From contig RDEW01000022.1 in the NCBI GenBank assembly GCA_011109175.1, forward strand, positions 704,273-768,272: a DNA stretch of 64,000 nt, in the 5' to 3' direction. The number at the start of each line of letters is the position of its first letter. Positions within the stretch are counted from its first letter, which is position 1. Source of the stretch: Dicyema japonicum (Eukaryota; Animalia; Dicyemida). The notes beneath the pieces were generated by a model. It was not told the origin of the DNA. It did no database searches and saw only the letters and a list, made by a program, of their open reading frames with translations. A program made the position numbers and the translations under genes. Of the stretch, positions 58,468 to 64,000 are shown one piece after another.

Positions 58468-61400
58468 GGATGATAAATTTTTGGGGAATAATATTTGCGG
58501 ACTTCTGTGCCGGAATGAGTAAAGAAAACCCAAATCGAACGGCCGCCGAACTTGTCCGACATGTTTCCGACGCGGATGCTTCTAGGATTCGTCCTCAGCA
58601 AAACAACACGAATTTTCCGGTTTTACGAGCAATAATGTCTTCCTCAACAGCTGATTATCGAGAACAATGGGCTACCTCGGTTGTTGAAAGCACGCGCTCT
58701 AGACTCGGTCGTGTCCTTAGAGGTGGGTGGGTTATTCTTTTGGAAGGGTTCAAGTCTAATTTTGCAGAGGAAATAACAATGCCTGAGTTCAGAAGACTGA
58801 TATACGCCCAGTCAACAATTACCAAGCAATGGACATGATTCGAAGGGGACCTCAGATTTTAAGCCTGATATGTCTTCGACATATATTGAGGCCAAGTTGT
58901 ATGCTCGTTGTGAACGTACTTTTATTGAAGAGTTACGGACGAATCACCAACGTCGATTGATCAAATTTCCTCTATTATTTATGCTGGGCAAACTGCCTAT
59001 CAAATCTTACTACAAAGAAATTTGAGCCCTAAAAATGGATGGAGGATATGATTAAGAAAATTGAACAATGGAGATCACATTCTGTTTTTATTGAAAAGTT
59101 TTTTACGAAGACTTTCTACTGACGAGAAGTCTATGGCCATGCTTTGTCGATAGTTGGTTACAGGAAAAAACACTCCTGAGAAAGGACCAGAATTACGTCT
59201 CTTATCCAAGATAAGATTAAAGTCATGGAGAAAAAAATATCGACATTTGAATCGAAAAAGAAATTTCGCATGGACAACCAAATGTTCGAATTGAATAGAA
59301 TTTAGGACAAAATAATATTAATACATCAATTGATAATGAAAAATGCGCAGATTTTTGAAAGAATTATGGAAAAGAAAAAGTCTAAATTCGGAAAGTTTCA
59401 ATATCGGAAAAAGAATGACTGGTGTTGAAAATGTGTCTGTTGAATTCTCGAAAAAATGTATTTGCCGAATTGGAAGGCCCCAGGTTGTGATGGGATCTAC
59501 AATTTCTTCCTTAAGAAATTTACCTCGCTGCATGAATTTATCTATACCGAAATGCTTAGGATTGTAAACGGAGAGTACGTCCCTGGAAACTAGTTTTTTA
59601 CTGGAATTACGTATCTGATCTCAAAATGCGAAGCGCCACAGTCGCCAAAGGACTTACGCCTTACACATGATGTCGTCACTCTATAAACTTATGACAAAGT
59701 GTATCAATGCCAAGCTAGCTGATTATGTGGAGCGTTTGACCTTCTTTCTGAAAACCAGATGGGAACAAAGAAGAGATGTCAGGGTGCTAAAGAACAGGCA
59801 CTTATCAATAAATCACTTAATAAAGTAAATGGATGTGGATTATATGATGCATGGATTGACGTCAAAAAAGCATTTAACTCCGTTGACCACAATTTTTTAA
59901 TGGAAGTCCTTGAAAATTCCTGATTTCCGAATGGATTATTAAAGTTGTGAGATTACTTATTATGCATTGGAGTGTGAAACTAGTGTTGAATAATGAAAAT
60001 ATTCGTGATATTCAGATTGAAAGGGAAATTTTGCAGGGGATAGTCTATCCTCCATGTTATTTGTCTTATTGCTTGACACTTACCGTTAATTGACATAAAA
60101 GTATCCAAAAGTCTCCGTTTTACATGATGATCAGTCTGTCTGTCATTCAATATTGACATTTAACTTTTATTTATTGACGATTTAAAACTTATTTCGACTA
60201 GTGAAGATGTTATGTCAAGAAGATGGAAGATAAGTACTTCAGTGCTGTGGGGCTAGAAAGGAATATAGAAAAGTCCGCTATAATTGTCTTGTTGTCAGAT
60301 GAAGCCAAGTTGTTAGAGGGAATGGATGGATATAAATACCTCGGTGTATTGGAAGGTCCTTCCGGACAAATTCAAAAGCCAGAAATGTTAAAAATAATTT
60401 CTTCGCAAGTAAACCAGAGAAATGAGAAATTGGTGAATACCAAACTAAACGCAGTGAATTTGTTTAAGGCTATTAACGAGCATGCTCTGTCTTTATATAA
60501 CTATTACTCATTAACGTGGAACCCTGTGAATACGATTTGATTGACTCTATCGCACCATATTGATTAAACATCGAGTCCATCTCAAACCTGCATGCAAGCA
60601 GAGTATTTATTTAACGAGAAATTACCTTGGGAGAGGGCTACGCTCAATCTTTCTTTTAAGTATGAAGATGTTATGGATTTTTCATGATTTGAAACTCAGA
60701 AGTACTGTTTGCAGTAGAAGTGCCGCAATTATTCAAGCTGAAATTTCAGAGAAAACACATTTGGCATTAATTGAAGAATTTCTAAGGCACAAGTATTCTG
60801 TTTGCGACACTTCTGATTTGGATATAAAATTGATACGAACATGCAAAAAGAAGGTTTAATGAATCAAAAAGATTGAAAAGTCTTCATTCCGTTATTTATA
60901 AAAATTTGTTGGAGGATTATGCGAATATAGAGCATTCCTATCATTGGCTTCTAAAAGGGAATAACTCTCCAATGTCGGAAGTTTTATTCTGCCTTATTCA
61001 AGATAGGAATCTGTTCTTTTGAGAACAAAATGCAATGTTCACCCATTGTAAAAATGGAAGAAGACCGTGGATCATTGTGCCACAAGGTGTGAAAAGATGT
61101 TCCATGAGGATTATATAAGAAGACATAACGAAGTCGTGAGGTGTCTACATTTTCACCTTTGCAAAGAGTTTGGTCTCAAAAACGAGAAGAAACTGAAGAC
61201 TCATTCAGTGCAATCCATTGTAATGAATGACTCAGTTGAAATCAGAGTTGACACTTTTATTAAAACGGACATAATTATTGAGCATAACAAGCCAGACTTG
61301 TTCGTTTTTGATAATAGGAGAAACAAAATTATCTTGGTCTAAGTGAGAATAACATCGTCCCAAAATCTACAGCAGGTGGATGCGAAAAGCTGAGGAAGTA

Positions 61401-61790
61401 TGACCTTGGAGTTGATACACCACGCAGAGGTCAAGATTGTCCCGATTGTACTCACTTGGGATGGCCTAGTGACTTCACATTCGTTGAAGTATGCCAGATC
61501 TTTGAATTTAAGTGAAAGAACGTATGTAAATGTTCAATCGCTGGTAATCAAGAAGACTTTGGAGAGTATGATTGTACCATATAGGAACCAAGTCGACGTT
61601 TCGCGGCGTTATGATAAACTTAACGAACGGATAAAAGATATTTACTCTCGGTCTGATTATGAAGAAATTCAAGAGAAGAGTGTGAGCTAAGTGAAGTGAA
61701 TGGACTGTGACAATTGGGTTTACCCCCATAGTTGCTCGAAGAGGAAAAGACTTGGATAGAGAAAATTTTAATTTGAATTAACCTTTTAAG
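58468..61790 (+). mobile_element. Decayed RLE-type (R4/R2-group) non-LTR retrotransposon, probably full length
   Basis: ITYLISK..SSLYKLMTKC; ENQMGT..GAKEQALINK; AWIDVKKAFNSVDH; ILQGDSLS; FIDDLKL; YKYLGV; CCHC region (VDHCATRC..YIRRHNEV); NKPDL RLE motif. 5' start repeated at ~62690-62760. Confidence 0.85.
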
Positions 61791-61849
61791 ATAGTAAAAT
61801 AATAATTTGTTGAATAAAAAAATTATTTATGTTAAGGTAATAATGCTTC

Positions 61850-62567
61850 CAACATTGAAGCTATGAAAAAATGTCTGCGTTTAAAGAAAAAATGTCACTA
61901 TGGAGGAGAAAAATACGAAATAACAACGCTTCAATGTTTCCGATGGTAGAAAATAAGATTGGTAATAATGAACCTGAAAATGGTTTTCTTCTTGATTGTT
62001 GATCATTTCGAAAATTTTGAAAATAAAATTGGAGATTATTTCCTAGTTACTGAACCAATTGCGACTTGGATAATACACTCTTTTATTCCGGAAACCAAAA
62101 AATTAATTTACGACGGCCAAGAAATTAAAGAAATTGATTTCCAAGAACAGTTGATTGAATTGCGAAATTCGCAGTTTTGCAAGTTGACATTTAATTCGCT
62201 TTCGATTATGGAATTCTGGATTTCTGTTATTAATGAATATCCAATCTTAAGTAAAAATGCACTGAAGTGACAATTCCCTTTCCAACCACTTATTTATGTG
62301 AAATGTCAATGTTTTGTCTTGTTATTCTGAAAAGTAAAGTTCGCAACCGACTTGAGGTGGAAGACGATATGAGAATAACACTTACCAACATTGTACCAAA
62401 AATTGAACAGCTAGTTTCTGAAAGCAGGATCAAAAATCACACTAACTCTAAATATTATGATTTTTTAATTTTGTTAGTTTTTTTATTAAATTGTTTTGTT
62501 ACATGTGGTCCCCAGAAAAATTCAACAGACTAGAGTGGTCCCCGGTCAAAAAGGTTAAGAAACACTA
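61850..62567 (+). mobile_element. hAT/Charlie transposon, 3' part with right TIR
   Basis: IMEFWISVINEYPILSKNAL..IPFPTTYLCE..KSKVRNRLEVEDDMR; ends AAGGTTAAGAAACACTA followed by ATCTAGAG (Charlie-type target). Confidence 0.8.
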
Positions 62568-63299
62568 ATCTAGAGTGTGTTGGAGAACTCCAAACACTAA
62601 ATTGCTCCTAGAAAAGGCGTTTTTGCTAAAAAGGAAACATTTCTAACTAAATTTTGAACATTAATTTTGTAAAATAAACTGGCCTTAATATTATTTAAAA
62701 TAAATGTTGTTAAACGTAAAATTTAATAATGGATGATAAATTCTTGGAGAATAACATTTGACAACCTCAACGTTTCCTTGAGACTCATCAAACTTCTGAC
62801 AGATGACTAAAATTTCGTTTTAAGTTGATTAGACAGTCCCTCAATAAAAGAATGAACTCATATATCATTTGACTCTTTAAGACTTAAGTAATGTGCAATC
62901 CCATAGAACTAACTTAGAAACCCCGATTATTTTCCCTGCGACACATGAGACGCTTGGTTTACTAACGTAATGCGTCTTATGAATTAATGACCGTATACAA
63001 TAAAATTATACAAATCAATAAAAGTCAATATAATTATTGTCACTGTCCGTACGTGGAACTCCACAAAAATTAATCTAAATAAAAATTAGTTATCTGGATA
63101 ATTCAGGATTTTCGGAGTTGAATGGTGTAATTTTTAGTTAAAATCGTTAATATTTAAAAACATAAAGTATAAAAAAATCAGTCAATATGATAGAGTGCCA
63201 TTTTAATGATATTTTATTATTCTTAATTAACAAAAAAACGTTATTAATATTTAAAAATAAAAAAAAATTTATTTCTGCACATGGTTTTAAGCTTCAAGT

Positions 63300-64000
63300 T
63301 GAACATGGATGAGTTGCGTCAGATAATCGAATATCTAGACATTGGATATCTTGATGCGTCGCTTTCAAGAAAGAGTAAACAGCGCATTTGGAGACTAGCC
63401 CCATTGCTAGTATTCGAGGACATATAGTCTATTATAGAGTAATTCGATTATAATATGATAGGGCAACAATTTATTTCATCGATTTTTTGTGAGGAAGAAG
63501 CAAAACTGAATCAACAATTGATAATAGTATTTTTGCCTGCCAGAAATTTTTTTATACCTATGGACCACCTATTATACTTCAAAAGACAATGTTTTGGAGT
63601 TCAGAAACTCTTTTCTCAGAGAAATTTGTAACAGGCTAAATGTTAAACATATTTTTGGACGAACAAGAGCACCGTGGGTTCAAGGCCAGGTAGAGAGGTA
63701 TCATTTATATGATAATGTATAGGTTAAATCAATCTCTTAAAAATGGTTATCATCCGTTTCTTCTACTGATGGAACTCTGGGAAAATATCAATCCAGTATG
63801 GGAGATATTGTATTCAGCTACAATATTACCAATCACGAGACCACCAAACATGCTCCTTTCAAGATATTTAATGGAGTGGATTATCCGCCAGAAATATCTG
63901 ATGAACGCTTAAATAGATTACTATACTATAAAGAAGATGGAGACCTATCTTTGTCACGGGATTCAGCACGAAGGCATACTTGGTAGCTGCAGAAAAAATG
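63300..64000 (+). pseudogene. Decayed DDE integrase (Gin/Ginger/KRBA2-like)
   Basis: RAPWVQGQVER..RLNQSLKN..YNITNHETTKHAPFKIFNG. Confidence 0.55.

Noticed and set aside
1-64000. CRISPR array, prokaryotic operon or defence system; rRNA, snRNA or SL RNA genes
   Set aside because: No regularly spaced repeats, the genes are spliceosomal and animal-like, and I recognised no conserved rRNA or snRNA sequence.

Overview
Eukaryotic (animal) nuclear DNA, AT-rich; nothing prokaryotic and no CRISPR. About 15 compact host genes sit in small islands between blocks of decayed mobile elements that by eye make up half or more of the window. Nearly all introns I could place are 20-28 nt GT-AG introns, several at positions conserved with vertebrate orthologues. 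A Pax gene carries the bilaterian Pax6-type paired-domain residues. Together these point to a dicyemid mesozoan (inference). Host genes: LAP1/TOR1AIP-like, mitoguardin, WAC-like, OSTM1, a FabG-like SDR, Rad6/UBE2A, a stand-alone GKAP-domain protein, SGSM1/2, a CRIB-only microprotein, CLINT1/epsinR, Pax6-like, a stand-alone BPL_N protein, an EB1-like protein with a hydrophobic tail, a degenerate HSD17B10 and a 64-aa orphan. Most striking non-gene structure: an Ingi/Vingi-like retroelement system. Its LINEs show no ORF1, begin with a shared 5' signature (AGCGTGGCGYYATGTGG), encode a 2A-like DxExNPGP peptide just before the endonuclease, and end in a shared YTGGGGTTAATAA-type tail. A non-coding ~300 bp family and a tRNA-headed SINE reuse those ends. 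Other elements: RTE LINEs with a tripartite deletion derivative, CRE-clade and R4-like RLE retroelements, hAT/Charlie transposons (one with a perfect 8-bp TSD) and a MITE. Several genes have single-base indels, mostly in homopolymers, that are probably assembly errors. All gene models and element boundaries were read by eye and are approximate.
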